Shown here piece after piece: positions 9,284-19,120 of a stretch of 64,000 nt of DNA; the stretch's first letter is position 1; each line of letters starts with the position of its first letter. The position numbers were made by a program, and so were the translations under genes. The notes under the pieces were generated by a model. That model was not told the origin of the DNA. It saw only the letters and a list, made by a program, of their open reading frames with translations, and did no database searches. The stretch is from positions 29,781-93,780 of IMG/VR virus record IMGVR_UViG_3300037584_002838; one strand, 5' to 3'. The stretch is from a virus.

Positions 9284-10272
9284 TGTTTCACTTCCATTTT
9301 CTCTAGTTTCTTCTTAGTCCTATCAATCTTCTTTTGAAGTTTCTTTGACTTTCTATCGCTTCTTCTATCTTTCCATCTTTGCAATAAAGACTTCTTTACA
9401 GGAAGCGATTGAGTTTTCATATCATTCTTGATTTCAGTAGCCCTTCTCATAATAGTTTCACTTGTATCATAATAAAAGTCATAATGCTTTTCTACATGCT
9501 TTGCTATTAACCAATAAGGGCGACCAAACTTCTGTCTTGCTTCATCAATAGTTAGACTATGCCACATAACCATAGCCTCTAATGATTCATTATAAGTCCA
9601 AGCCTTATGTGCATTAGGATAACTTACAGTTGCAATACCCATTGTTACAGGCTTTCCCTCTTCTTTGTGATTATTCACATATTCATTTCTTGTGCCGTTA
9701 AGGTTACGCTTACTCAAGACCCTATTCCAACGAGCGACAATAGCCTTGTATGTTCGACCCTTGAATAAAGTAGTAGGTGGATATGCGCCTTTAGTGGTTT
9801 TCCATTCAATAACAATATCATCTTCCTCAGAAGTCCATCTGTTGTTATTAGTCCTTTTAGGCGCAGACTTTTTCCTTCCTTTATAGGTGGTTCCTTCAGT
9901 CTTATTCGTATCTCCCTCTAAAGTTTCAATCATTTCCTTAGCCTGTTCTTTAGTAAAATCCCCCTTATTAGCAGAAGTAATTAGTTGATTAGTTAATCTT
10001 TCTAATTCCTTCTTAGTGCCATTCTTTAGAGTTAAAGCAGATATGTACTTGCATTGCTTTCTTGTAGCAGGGTCATTCTTCCAATGAGAAAAATTATCTT
10101 CAACCTTAACCTCATATTGATTCTGTATTCTAGTTATTGTTGCACGAAGATTAGCACCGCTTCTCTTTGGAAAGCCCGCCTCTACCATTTTATCAGCAAC
10201 CTTCGCCCAACTTAATCCTTCATTTCTGCATTTTATTGCAAATCCTATTTGTTCCGTAGTATATTTTTTCAT
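9280..10272 (-). CDS. Multi-domain DNA-binding protein with HTH and Myb/SANT-like repeats
   Basis: YTTEQI..GLSWAKVA; RWTSEEDDIV..GRTYKAIVARW; AWTYNES..FGRP. Confidence 0.55.
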   Translation of the reverse strand: MKKYTTEQIGFAIKCRNEGLSWAKVADKMVEAGFPKRSGANLRATITRIQNQYEVKVEDNFSHWKNDPATRKQCKYISALTLKNGTKKELERLTNQLITSANKGDFTKEQAKEMIETLEGDTNKTEGTTYKGRKKSAPKRTNNNRWTSEEDDIVIEWKTTKGAYPPTTLFKGRTYKAIVARWNRVLSKRNLNGTRNEYVNNHKEEGKPVTMGIATVSYPNAHKAWTYNESLEAMVMWHSLTIDEARQKFGRPYWLIAKHVEKHYDFYYDTSETIMRRATEIKNDMKTQSLPVKKSLLQRWKDRRSDRKSKKLQKKIDRTKKKLEKMEVKQ

Positions 10273-10284
10273 TTTTATTCCTCC

Positions 10285-10845
10285 TTATACATTTAACATC
10301 ATAAATGACTTTACTTGTTCGTCATTAAACCATCTTTGAATCCATTGTGCGCCAATACCGGCTATCGCAGTTTGCATGAAATGAACGCCAATATTGCTAC
10401 CATCCCATGAATCACCTTGACAAGAGAATGACCCCTCCGGCCCTGCTAATAATGTATCGTACATTTTAGGGTCAGCATCATAAGATACAAAAGCCGCATT
10501 ACGGCCTTGTGCCCTCAAGTCAAGCCACTTAATATCTGAATTGTATAGTGTCCTTCTAACTGATAAGTTATCAACACAACATACAACCAAATCATATCCT
10601 TGCATTTGTTTTGCAGTTAGTATAGGGAACTTAGAACCACCATTAATACTGCGATACCTATTTCCCATAACCGATGCTTTGTTTTCTCCTACATCTTCTT
10701 CACTAAAGTTTTGATACGGCAGATTCTTTGTTTCTACCTTATCGGGGTCTGCTACTGTAATAGCATATAATCCTACTTTATCCAATATAGGTACTAAGAA
10801 ACTCCCAATACCACCTACGCCTATAATTAATATTTTTCTTTTCAT
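10285..10845 (-). CDS. ThiF/MoeB/E1-like adenylating enzyme
   Basis: GVGGIG nucleotide-binding loop, DPDKVETKNLPYQ, CCVDN...R. Confidence 0.9.
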   Translation of the reverse strand: MKRKILIIGVGGIGSFLVPILDKVGLYAITVADPDKVETKNLPYQNFSEEDVGENKASVMGNRYRSINGGSKFPILTAKQMQGYDLVVCCVDNLSVRRTLYNSDIKWLDLRAQGRNAAFVSYDADPKMYDTLLAGPEGSFSCQGDSWDGSNIGVHFMQTAIAGIGAQWIQRWFNDEQVKSFMMLNV

Positions 10846-10857
10846 TTTTTATTCCTC

Positions 10858-10977
10858 CTAATAATGTTTATGACTTTGTTCGTTATAGCCGCAATTTTTA
10901 CATTGGACTCCTTCATAATTCTCTGTTTCCCATTCAAACATTGTTCCGTTACATCTTGGGCATGTATATTGTTTCAT
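10858..10977 (-). CDS. 39-aa zinc-ribbon protein
   Basis: Manual translation MKQYTCPRCNGTMFEWETENYEGVQCKNCGYNEQSHKHY. Confidence 0.7.
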   Translation of the reverse strand: MKQYTCPRCNGTMFEWETENYEGVQCKNCGYNEQSHKHY

Positions 10978-11609
10978 TCTAATCTCTCCAAATTTGCATT
11001 CCATCTTTTATTATACGAATCTATTTCTTGATTGTATTTTGTTTTGTAATGGTCTGTAGGCCACCATTCGGGCATTCTGCTTTTTCTCCATTCAGCAAAC
11101 TTCCATTTGCCTTCAAGATAATAATGACGATATTGAAGGATTACAAACTCCCACATATCTATATCATTATTGTAGTCTAATCTGTACTTATCATCCATAG
11201 CAATAGTTACGGGCGTAGCATCTTTCCATCTACCGTCATTTGATAGATATTGTGTTGTATCTAATATCCTCTCTTGCGAGCCATGCTTCTTTCCGTAACG
11301 ATGTGTATATTCGGTACAAAGAGCCAACCCATGCGTGTATAACCATGCAGTATTGTTAGGGTTCTGTCTAGCCCATATTGTTGAAGGATGATTCAACATA
11401 GCAGGTTTCATTAGATTTGAACCAATATCTCTATGAAATACTTTTAATTGAGCAAGTGTAGGTTCTTCATCATAATGCTCAATGTACTCAAAAAACAAAG
11501 CATTTGTATGTAACATTTGACAAGTTTCTGTTGGCATTTTAACCACATGCTTATCTAACATTTGAATTGCTGCTTCTGTTGGATTTCTTGATAATGCAAA
11601 TATATTCAT
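10974..11609 (-). CDS. Pyrimidine-dimer DNA glycosylase / T4 endonuclease V-like
   Basis: MNIF.L, DKHVVKM..ETCQML, HPSTIWAR, EYT.RYGK.H, YR.YY motifs. Confidence 0.85.
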   Translation of the reverse strand: MNIFALSRNPTEAAIQMLDKHVVKMPTETCQMLHTNALFFEYIEHYDEEPTLAQLKVFHRDIGSNLMKPAMLNHPSTIWARQNPNNTAWLYTHGLALCTEYTHRYGKKHGSQERILDTTQYLSNDGRWKDATPVTIAMDDKYRLDYNNDIDMWEFVILQYRHYYLEGKWKFAEWRKSRMPEWWPTDHYKTKYNQEIDSYNKRWNANLERLE

Positions 11610-11747
11610 TTGAATTTCCTCCTTGCTTCTTCATATATCTTAAACGAGTCTTTACGACCCAAAAGAGTTTGTTGCTTACAATACTCTTTTCTTTTATTAA
11701 TAGTAGTCACATAAGTATTTAGAAAATTCTTTTTCCAATATCTATGT

Positions 11748-12647
11748 TCACTCGTTGGTATTACATCTCTCATTCTTATTGTCATTTATATTCACTCCTT
11801 TTATTTCGGACATCTTATTATATCCTAGCATTTCTATTATTTTCTTACTTGTCTTTCCTATTGCAGACAAGGAAACATCAGTGCTTTCTGATATTTCTGA
11901 TTTAGTAATTCCTGTGTATCTACACATATTTACTGCTACCCAACATATACTTGAGTAGTATGCTCTTGGTTTATTGTAACAGTGATATTCAGTAATAGGT
12001 TCCATCTTCAACAGTAAATCAACTGCGTTAGAATAGAACATAATATCATCAGTTATTTTACTACAAGTTTGCTTGAGCAAAAAGGTAGGGTCGGCACCAT
12101 ACAAGATATTCTTATTCTTGAAATGATGAACCATTCTTTGAACCAACCTATTTACTATCTTAGTGGAACAAGAATACTCTGAACATAGTTTCTTCATTTC
12201 TATCGGAGTTCTATTCTCTTTGAGAACATAACATACAGTAGCAGTACATCTTGTTTCTAACTTAATGTTGCCAAACAAACCCTTTCTCTGCGCTTGCATG
12301 TAGCATTCTTCTACTCTATCCTTGAGAGGATGGTTTATCTGAATAGAAGATAATATCATATTACAGGTCTGTAATGCTTGAGTAATATGTCTTGGTATTG
12401 CTAAGTTATTTCCTCTAACATTAAACTTAGAAGAACCTTTGCCGCTAATTACAGAACCTAATTTGCCCCTATCGGCACTATGAGTAACATTGCCATCATC
12501 AACCATTCTTACAGTTTCCTCAAACAATTCTGTGACTACTACTAAACCACAATCACTGCATTCAGTTTCGCCCATTCTTTCGTTGTAATTAAATATCAGA
12601 CTTCCACATTCCACACATTTCATTTTCATTCCTCCCTTCATTTTCAT
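11748..12647 (-). CDS. tfb: Transcription initiation factor B (TFIIB/TFB) homolog; likely start at MKCVEC
   Basis: N-terminal Zn ribbon CVECGS...GETECSDCGLVV followed by two cyclin-like repeats. Confidence 0.85.
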   Translation of the reverse strand: MKMKGGMKMKCVECGSLIFNYNERMGETECSDCGLVVVTELFEETVRMVDDGNVTHSADRGKLGSVISGKGSSKFNVRGNNLAIPRHITQALQTCNMILSSIQINHPLKDRVEECYMQAQRKGLFGNIKLETRCTATVCYVLKENRTPIEMKKLCSEYSCSTKIVNRLVQRMVHHFKNKNILYGADPTFLLKQTCSKITDDIMFYSNAVDLLLKMEPITEYHCYNKPRAYYSSICWVAVNMCRYTGITKSEISESTDVSLSAIGKTSKKIIEMLGYNKMSEIKGVNINDNKNERCNTNE

Positions 12648-13944
12648 TTGTCTTAATGTAAGATTTGATAGTGCTGACTAATACTACTGTCATTGTGTCG
12701 TTTAACAGTGCTAATGCTCTTGCTACGAATTGGTCGCCAACAGAAGAACCTGCTGACATATTATCAATACATATTGGCCCTTTCCATCTTGGTTCATTAG
12801 TAGGTTTTTGTGGGATTTGTATAAGTTGGTTTAATACTGAGTCGGTTAAGCCCTCTCCCCCTGCTTTAAGATATGACTTTTTATCAACCACATCATCAAC
12901 AATCTCATATCCCGCATTCATCAATATCTCTCTATTATGCTCGACAGTTTCATTATATGAATCAATCCACTTTAATTCTGCTTGAGCGAACTCGGAATCG
13001 TTTTGATTGGTATTCCAAACAAAGGTAGATACTGCTTGAATATCGGACTTGAATTGGTTATCTGTTATCTTCCAATCCCAACCCTTTCCACGAATATACA
13101 TAGCATCGGGTTCACCCTCATCATTCCATTCTACCTTAATTCTGTCGGGGTATCTTTGTTCGACTTCCTTAACTAATTCTCTTGCTCTTTTCTCAACAAT
13201 GTCCTGTTGCCTATTTTGCTTCATAAACTCTTTCATAACCTTAATATCAGACATTTTAGGAGATACACCCATAGTTCTTTCATACAGGATTTCCGGTGAA
13301 GTAAAAGCCCACTTCTTGCTTCTTCTATGATTATGTAAGTAGAAGGAACAGAACGATTCTAACTCTTTAGAAGTTAGTGTTCCCCAAACACCATCAGCAA
13401 CTTCAATAGCGATTTCGTTATCTCCGATTTGTTGGCAGTTTAGCCTAACACTAACTTTATTGAAATCATCAAAGAAGTGATAAGGTACTCTATTCTCTAA
13501 ACAATATTTTACATCTTCCGGCAGTGACAATGAAGAATACAAAGATTTCATTAATTTACCCGCATCTTTTTCTGTAACTGACTTAAAAACTAATCTTCCT
13601 AAAGCAGAAGCAATAGTGTTCAAACTCTCACTTTTACCATTAAGACTCAATCTATTATTAGTTCTGCCAAGTGCTAGAAAACACCCACCAATATTAAGCA
13701 CCACTTGATAATCTCTATTCGGAAAATTCATGTATGTACCATGACTACTTCTTCGCCATCCCGAAGTAGTTCTCTTTAATTGACTTTTCATAAACTTAGA
13801 CAGTGCATCGTGAACAGGGTCTTTTGCATTCCTATTCCCCTGCAATGTAACCACGCCCGATATGACAACATCTCCTTCTATTTTTGTTTGCCAATATTTT
13901 CCACTATCATTCGGTTGTCTTATTCTTATTCTTAATTCTCCCAT
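12589..13944 (-). CDS. Hypothetical protein (451 aa)
   Basis: Long ORF with RBS; C-terminal YIRGK..WKI / ICID..GDQ..ARALALLND. Confidence 0.8.
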   Translation of the reverse strand: MGELRIRIRQPNDSGKYWQTKIEGDVVISGVVTLQGNRNAKDPVHDALSKFMKSQLKRTTSGWRRSSHGTYMNFPNRDYQVVLNIGGCFLALGRTNNRLSLNGKSESLNTIASALGRLVFKSVTEKDAGKLMKSLYSSLSLPEDVKYCLENRVPYHFFDDFNKVSVRLNCQQIGDNEIAIEVADGVWGTLTSKELESFCSFYLHNHRRSKKWAFTSPEILYERTMGVSPKMSDIKVMKEFMKQNRQQDIVEKRARELVKEVEQRYPDRIKVEWNDEGEPDAMYIRGKGWDWKITDNQFKSDIQAVSTFVWNTNQNDSEFAQAELKWIDSYNETVEHNREILMNAGYEIVDDVVDKKSYLKAGGEGLTDSVLNQLIQIPQKPTNEPRWKGPICIDNMSAGSSVGDQFVARALALLNDTMTVVLVSTIKSYIKTNENEGRNENEMCGMWKSDI

Positions 13945-14069
13945 TTTATCACATCATATATGTATTATCATCTAATTTTTCTAAACAGGCTAAATGAGCC
14001 TCTTTCTTCATTTCTTCGGGCAATAACAGTTGCCCTCCACAAATCCGACATTTGGTTGCTATTCTTTCT

Positions 14070-14438
14070 TTATACGACCAATGGCTCTTTGTGTATTCTG
14101 GATTCTTTTCCTTCATTATTCCACCTCTCTAATTTCGCACATACTTCACAATACTTATTACAATTTTTATCGTGGTAATACAAGGCATCAAGTCTTTCAT
14201 TGAAATGTTTTTTTGCAAACTTTCTGAAACCCATTTCAACGGCTTCATTATTTTCCCACAAAACTATTTTTAGACTTTGCCATAATCTAAATCGCTTATC
14301 CTTTTCTTCAGAAAGCGAATCACAAACATTGAATGTTTGTCTTAATCTTTTTCTTGCTTTTTTAGACCAATCGAAAGTTGTCACTACTCTTTTCATATCC
14401 TTATAGGACATATTGCGGAGTCGTGGCAACCTATACAT
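14070..14438 (-). CDS. Hypothetical protein
   Basis: GGTGA RBS; follows the RNR gene. Confidence 0.65.
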   Translation of the reverse strand: MYRLPRLRNMSYKDMKRVVTTFDWSKKARKRLRQTFNVCDSLSEEKDKRFRLWQSLKIVLWENNEAVEMGFRKFAKKHFNERLDALYYHDKNCNKYCEVCAKLERWNNEGKESRIHKEPLVV

Positions 14439-14446
14439 TATTTCAC

Positions 14447-16306
14447 CTATACTTCACAAGCACCGCCAGCACAAGCCAATTCGCCTGTTAAGTCGGTATT
14501 ATCTTCGGTTTCTAAAACCTGTGTTAAATCTATATTCTTTAGATTCTTAGACATAGTTAGATAAGTTTCCTCATCAATCGTTTCAAAGGGTGCCTGTTTG
14601 TATGTTCCTCCATCATAAGGCAATACAGACAGACCGTTGTAATAATGTCTATTCATCCAAAGCCATTCACCAACATCATCCCATTCATCATCTTTTACAG
14701 ATATTGTTGCTGAAACATTATGGGTATTCAGACCATCTACATGACCTGCTCTAACCCAACGAATACTGAAGTTTTTTACACGCTCTAATAAATCAAATAC
14801 TGATTCATGCCGTGTAATAGAACCGGCAGGTGATTTCTGCGGTATAGAAATAACTGCCTGTTCATCAGGATTAAAGTATTCATCTTCAACCAAGTCCGGT
14901 TGATTCTTTAGTAGATAAGAATATATTGCTTCATTCTTACCGACTCTAATCCTACGAATATAATAGTTATCATGCCAAGCATGAATACCACTACTTGTAC
15001 CTAATACAAGTGAAGTGGTTCCCGCAGGTTTTACACAAGTAATCCTTGCGGCGGGCTTTACTCCAATGAGTTTGGAAATATGCTTATTTTCCTGTTTAGC
15101 GGCAAATGCAGCCATTTCCAAATCTAAGCCTTCAACAACATTAGAAGCAATACCCGTCATAGATACACCAAGCAAAGAATCCTTTTCCGTATTCTTTCTC
15201 CATACTTCTCTAAGGTAATGAAAATCTGTATAACCTGCTTGCAATGTTCCTAAGAAAGAAGCGGCTCTTACCCTTGCTTCTAAATCGGCTTGGTCTTTTA
15301 CATCAGAAGCATTTACTTCTGTAAGATTACAAAACTGATATGGGCGAAGTGCTATTTCACAACAAGGATTAGTACCCCAATCTTTGTCATTACTAAAATA
15401 AACGGCTGGTTCGCCACTGCCACTATGTTGTATTCTTTCCCATAGACCCATAAAGAAGTTTTTAGTTACTCTATGTCTAAGAATAACTGCTGAATTATTT
15501 GCACGACCTCTTTGTGGATTATTTTCCCACCAATTACCGGACTTACAACTAATCATCTTTGAATCATCAGCACTGAATAAACTAATCATAGCGGCTCTAC
15601 GAATACCGCCTGCTAATACTGCATCTGCTAAATAACACATAATATCATGTGCTTCAATTGAATCTAATTTAGAGCCATTAGTTTTATTTTGGAGTATTCC
15701 TTCTATTTTAACTAAACATTCCCTTAATGGCTGAAAACCCGGTGCTTTACCGCCACTAGTCTTTAATAGCGTTCCTTTTGGTCTAATATCAGAATAATCA
15801 AAAATAGGACTACTACTCCTATTTCCGGTATAACACTCCAAAAGGATTTTAATTGAATCAGCCCATCCCTCGATAGAATCGCTAATAAGATACCTGCGTT
15901 TTCTTTCGGGATTAGGTTGTATGATTTCCGGTAATTCATCAATATGATGTCTTTGGACTGAATATCCAACCCCCGTTCCACCGAGAAGCAAGAACATAGC
16001 CTCGCTAAAAGATAAAATGGAATCAATAGGCATATAAGCACAATTATACACCCTATTTGGACTAATTTCAATAGGCTTGCCCCCAAATTGCATAGACCGC
16101 ATAGAAGGGAGGACTTTCTTTGTTTTGACATATCGCTCATATACTTCACCAATTTCTTTGGTTAATTCGGGATATTTCTTAATGTGCATATTTCTATTCC
16201 TTGTAACTATTTCATTCCAAGTTTCTCTTCTTTCGTGTGCAGGTAAATACCTTGCATACTTCATATGTACTGTAATATCCGATAATGTTTCAATTTCATT
16301 CGACAT
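14447..16306 (-). CDS. nrdJ: Class II (adenosylcobalamin) ribonucleotide reductase
   Basis: PSMR, YNC, GTGVG, GGIRR, TNPCCEI, FCNLTE, VKPAGT, C-terminal CAGGAC; no beta subunit nearby. Confidence 0.93.
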   Translation of the reverse strand: MSNEIETLSDITVHMKYARYLPAHERRETWNEIVTRNRNMHIKKYPELTKEIGEVYERYVKTKKVLPSMRSMQFGGKPIEISPNRVYNCAYMPIDSILSFSEAMFLLLGGTGVGYSVQRHHIDELPEIIQPNPERKRRYLISDSIEGWADSIKILLECYTGNRSSSPIFDYSDIRPKGTLLKTSGGKAPGFQPLRECLVKIEGILQNKTNGSKLDSIEAHDIMCYLADAVLAGGIRRAAMISLFSADDSKMISCKSGNWWENNPQRGRANNSAVILRHRVTKNFFMGLWERIQHSGSGEPAVYFSNDKDWGTNPCCEIALRPYQFCNLTEVNASDVKDQADLEARVRAASFLGTLQAGYTDFHYLREVWRKNTEKDSLLGVSMTGIASNVVEGLDLEMAAFAAKQENKHISKLIGVKPAARITCVKPAGTTSLVLGTSSGIHAWHDNYYIRRIRVGKNEAIYSYLLKNQPDLVEDEYFNPDEQAVISIPQKSPAGSITRHESVFDLLERVKNFSIRWVRAGHVDGLNTHNVSATISVKDDEWDDVGEWLWMNRHYYNGLSVLPYDGGTYKQAPFETIDEETYLTMSKNLKNIDLTQVLETEDNTDLTGELACAGGACEV

Positions 16307-16324
16307 TCTAAAACCTCATAACGC

Positions 16325-16370
16325 AAAAAAAAGGGGAGAGAACGGGTGCCCAAAAACCCGTTCTCCCCCC
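16325..16370 (-). terminator. Hairpin plus oligo-T terminator after the Ubl gene
   Basis: GAGAACGGGT/ACCCGTTCTC stem next to an A8 tract on the + strand. Confidence 0.7.
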
Positions 16371-16400
16371 AAAAGAGCAGACTAACTCTACTTAATGAAA

Positions 16401-16601
16401 TTAACCGCCTACAATAGCAGGTGTCAAATCCACCATTTCTACATCGTCCCAATTAACTTCGCTGATTGCTTCTCTTGCTACCAATTCACCGTTGATAAAT
16501 ACCCAATGAGTCGGGTGTGTATCAATCTGCTCGATAACTTCCTCAGAAGCCATAACCAATTCAGTATGTCCTGTTTCGTTCAAAATAGTAATCTTAATCA
16601 T
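16401..16601 (-). CDS. Ubiquitin-like (ThiS/MoaD/SAMP-type beta-grasp) protein
   Basis: 66 aa, VFINGE motif, ends LTPAIVGG. Confidence 0.9.
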   Translation of the reverse strand: MIKITILNETGHTELVMASEEVIEQIDTHPTHWVFINGELVAREAISEVNWDDVEMVDLTPAIVGG

Positions 16602-16618
16602 CCTATCATCTCCTTAAT

Positions 16619-16643
16619 CTCTCTATGTTCCCCCTCTATATAA
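16619..16643 (-). promoter_or_regulatory. TATA promoter TTATATA-N6-GAACATAGAGAG
   Basis: Identical 12-mer and spacing at 23123-23147. Confidence 0.7.
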
Positions 16644-16653
16644 GCCGAGTCCA

Positions 16654-16761
16654 TCATTCCCAACCACCGCCGTAATCATCGTCACCGAATAAACCGGCCA
16701 GCCATATAATCGGGAATGCGAAGAACGCCGCACCTATCAAACTTCCTAATAATCTAAACAT
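16654..16761 (-). CDS. 35-aa membrane peptide
   Basis: Manual translation MFRLLGSLIGAAFFAFPIIWLAGLFGDDDYGGGWE. Confidence 0.55.
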   Translation of the reverse strand: MFRLLGSLIGAAFFAFPIIWLAGLFGDDDYGGGWE

Positions 16762-18079
16762 TTTCATTTCTCTCCTTTAATTCTTTAATTTTTTCACTTG
16801 CTTTTTTTCTACTAATTCTTGGGCCTTCATAGCCTAAATCGGCTAAGTATTTCATTTGGGCTTCTGTCGCTGTTTTTGAAACAATCTCTCGTAATGTTTC
16901 TAATTGTCTATCTGACAAAGGTTTCTTGGTACGCATTTGATTCTTGATATTATTCAAGAAGTTTGCCTCCCATCTGCTTGTTGCTATTTCAACACCAAAT
17001 GGTTCAATACCGTAATACAAACACATTTGCCTAAACTCAGGACTATCATTATTATTTTTGAGATTCTGTCTAGCAATCTCAAATTCTTTTGCTTCTCTTT
17101 CCTCTCTTTGTCGCCTTAACTCTGCTTGTCTTTCACGCCTTTTTCTTTCGGCTTCTTCAGCCGCTATTCTACGCTTTTCAACATTTTCCGGTAGATTGTA
17201 AATACGCATTCTTTCGGCTTCTTCAGCCTCACGCCTTTCTCTTTCGATTCTTTCTCTTTCGAGTCTTTCCTCTCTTGCGATTCTTTGCCTTTCCATGCGC
17301 TCATTGTATTCGACAGTTGCTTTTCTCGCTTTAAGCATCATTCTATCGTACTTTTCTTTATACTCTAAAAGACACTTAGCATCAAAAATAATCATATCTT
17401 GCCATAACTTATCAGTTGGATAACCTCTTGTTCTTGACTGTGCTTTACTATTTTCGGGGTGTTCCCATCTCCAAACAATAGAAGCCATTTGATAATACCT
17501 ATCTGTTGGCTGATACTTTGATTTCTTTCTTAGATGTGCGCTGTAATGGTATTTTTTATCCGTGTAATCATAATACAAATGAGTATCACCCTTTACATTA
17601 AATAAAATATCAATCTCCTTGATTCTCTCATAGATGTCATTAAACATTTTACCGTTTTTGTGCATCCATGCTTCAGCAATCATGGTCTTGGTTCTTTCTT
17701 GAATCCAAGTATCTATTTCACCATCACTAATATCAGCAATATCTCTACCTGTTCTTACTGAAATCTCTTTCATAATAAGGTAAGTATTAATGTGGTCTGA
17801 ACCCACACATTCAGTATTGCCATTTTCTAAGTTTTGGATTTCAAAGTGATATACTACATTATGTCCACAAAGACATTTACTAACTCCTTGTTGTGAATTA
17901 GTAACCCATTCAGGCGCATCATCATTACCACCCCACCAAACGCTACCGGTAGCAATCCATTCTTCTTTAGCATCTTCATAGTTATCAGCAACGGATAATT
18001 CAACCATCCGTTCCATCAATTTTCTATCCCAATGCCCTGTTCCTAAACTTCTTTTTGCTACAATTGTTTCAGCCATCAT
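16754..18079 (-). CDS. Hypothetical protein with Cys/His metal motif and R/E-rich coiled coil
   Basis: KCLCGH...VGSDHI; long ER-rich helix; C-terminal ATEAQMKYL. Confidence 0.8.
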   Translation of the reverse strand: MMAETIVAKRSLGTGHWDRKLMERMVELSVADNYEDAKEEWIATGSVWWGGNDDAPEWVTNSQQGVSKCLCGHNVVYHFEIQNLENGNTECVGSDHINTYLIMKEISVRTGRDIADISDGEIDTWIQERTKTMIAEAWMHKNGKMFNDIYERIKEIDILFNVKGDTHLYYDYTDKKYHYSAHLRKKSKYQPTDRYYQMASIVWRWEHPENSKAQSRTRGYPTDKLWQDMIIFDAKCLLEYKEKYDRMMLKARKATVEYNERMERQRIAREERLERERIERERREAEEAERMRIYNLPENVEKRRIAAEEAERKRRERQAELRRQREEREAKEFEIARQNLKNNNDSPEFRQMCLYYGIEPFGVEIATSRWEANFLNNIKNQMRTKKPLSDRQLETLREIVSKTATEAQMKYLADLGYEGPRISRKKASEKIKELKERNENV

Positions 18080-18320
18080 TCATCATCTCCAAATCATCTA
18101 TCTCAAACCTGCGTTGTTCTTGTAGATAACCTGTAAGAATGGTATCAATCTTCTCCGGTAGATTATCAATTATACCGGCGATTAATCGTCTGTTAAGACT
18201 AATCCATATTCTATGATAGGTATTTAGTACAACTTTTGGTTCATCATTTTCATTCTGCGATATTACTATTGGCGGTAATTCCGCCGTATTTACTACTCTA
18301 AATTCTACATTAGTTTTCAT
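18069..18320 (-). CDS. Hypothetical protein
   Basis: Coupled ORF. Confidence 0.7.
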   Translation of the reverse strand: MKTNVEFRVVNTAELPPIVISQNENDEPKVVLNTYHRIWISLNRRLIAGIIDNLPEKIDTILTGYLQEQRRFEIDDLEMMNDG

Positions 18321-18623
18321 TCATATTCCCCCTGCTACTGCGAACAGACTTGCTATATTTTTGTGGGCTATAAACCCTTCAACAGTATGCAAATAATCCT
18401 GTGGATTATTGATGTATTTGCTGTGATTCACCAACACACTTGCTAAGGTTTGTGCTAACTTTTGGTTACTCAAACCTGAGAGTAACTTAGCCAATTCAAA
18501 GCCTAAGTGTTCTCTATAATTATCATCCATCATACAGGTAATACATTCCTTCTTAACCATACAATCGTGATGTTCGTCGGGTTCTATCACATACCCTTTA
18601 CCTTTACATTCTAAACATTCCAT
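18321..18623 (-). CDS. Zinc-finger protein
   Basis: CLECKGKG...CITC. Confidence 0.7.
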   Translation of the reverse strand: MECLECKGKGYVIEPDEHHDCMVKKECITCMMDDNYREHLGFELAKLLSGLSNQKLAQTLASVLVNHSKYINNPQDYLHTVEGFIAHKNIASLFAVAGGI

Positions 18624-18892
18624 CAGAAATCAGCCTCCAAATCAAAGTTTGGAATTGCTTTTTGAGTCCAATACTGATATGCCGCCATAGCAGTAATCAT
18701 TATTCTCCAATTAACAGTATTAGGATTGTAGACAAATGTTTTGTGAGCATTTGCCAATACTTCAATACACGCACACAATTTTTCATGCTTTATACCAGCA
18801 TCAATAGAATCATGCACAGTACCATATTCCTGTTCTAATAGATTTATAATAAACTCTTCTGTTGTCACTTCTTTATTCATATTTTCACTCAT
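18623..18892 (-). CDS. Hypothetical protein
   Basis: Coupled ORF. Confidence 0.65.
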   Translation of the reverse strand: MSENMNKEVTTEEFIINLLEQEYGTVHDSIDAGIKHEKLCACIEVLANAHKTFVYNPNTVNWRIMITAMAAYQYWTQKAIPNFDLEADF

Positions 18893-19116
18893 ACTGCTTC
18901 CTCTCCTTTTACTTCAAAAAACTCTTCTGAAGATACCCAATCACTGTAAGTTACTACAAGTGATTTTACATTGGCTTCCCAACGACCTTCATCATCTTCT
19001 TTTCTACTTACCCAAAATTGTTCTAAATCATTAAGACTATCAAACATAAACTCTGTGTATCTTGCTATTCTATTATCAGCATATATTGTATTTCCATAAC
19101 TTATATCTATATTCAT
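18889..19116 (-). CDS. Hypothetical protein
   Basis: Coupled ORF. Confidence 0.65.
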   Translation of the reverse strand: MNIDISYGNTIYADNRIARYTEFMFDSLNDLEQFWVSRKEDDEGRWEANVKSLVVTYSDWVSSEEFFEVKGEEAV

Positions 19117-19120
19117 ATTA

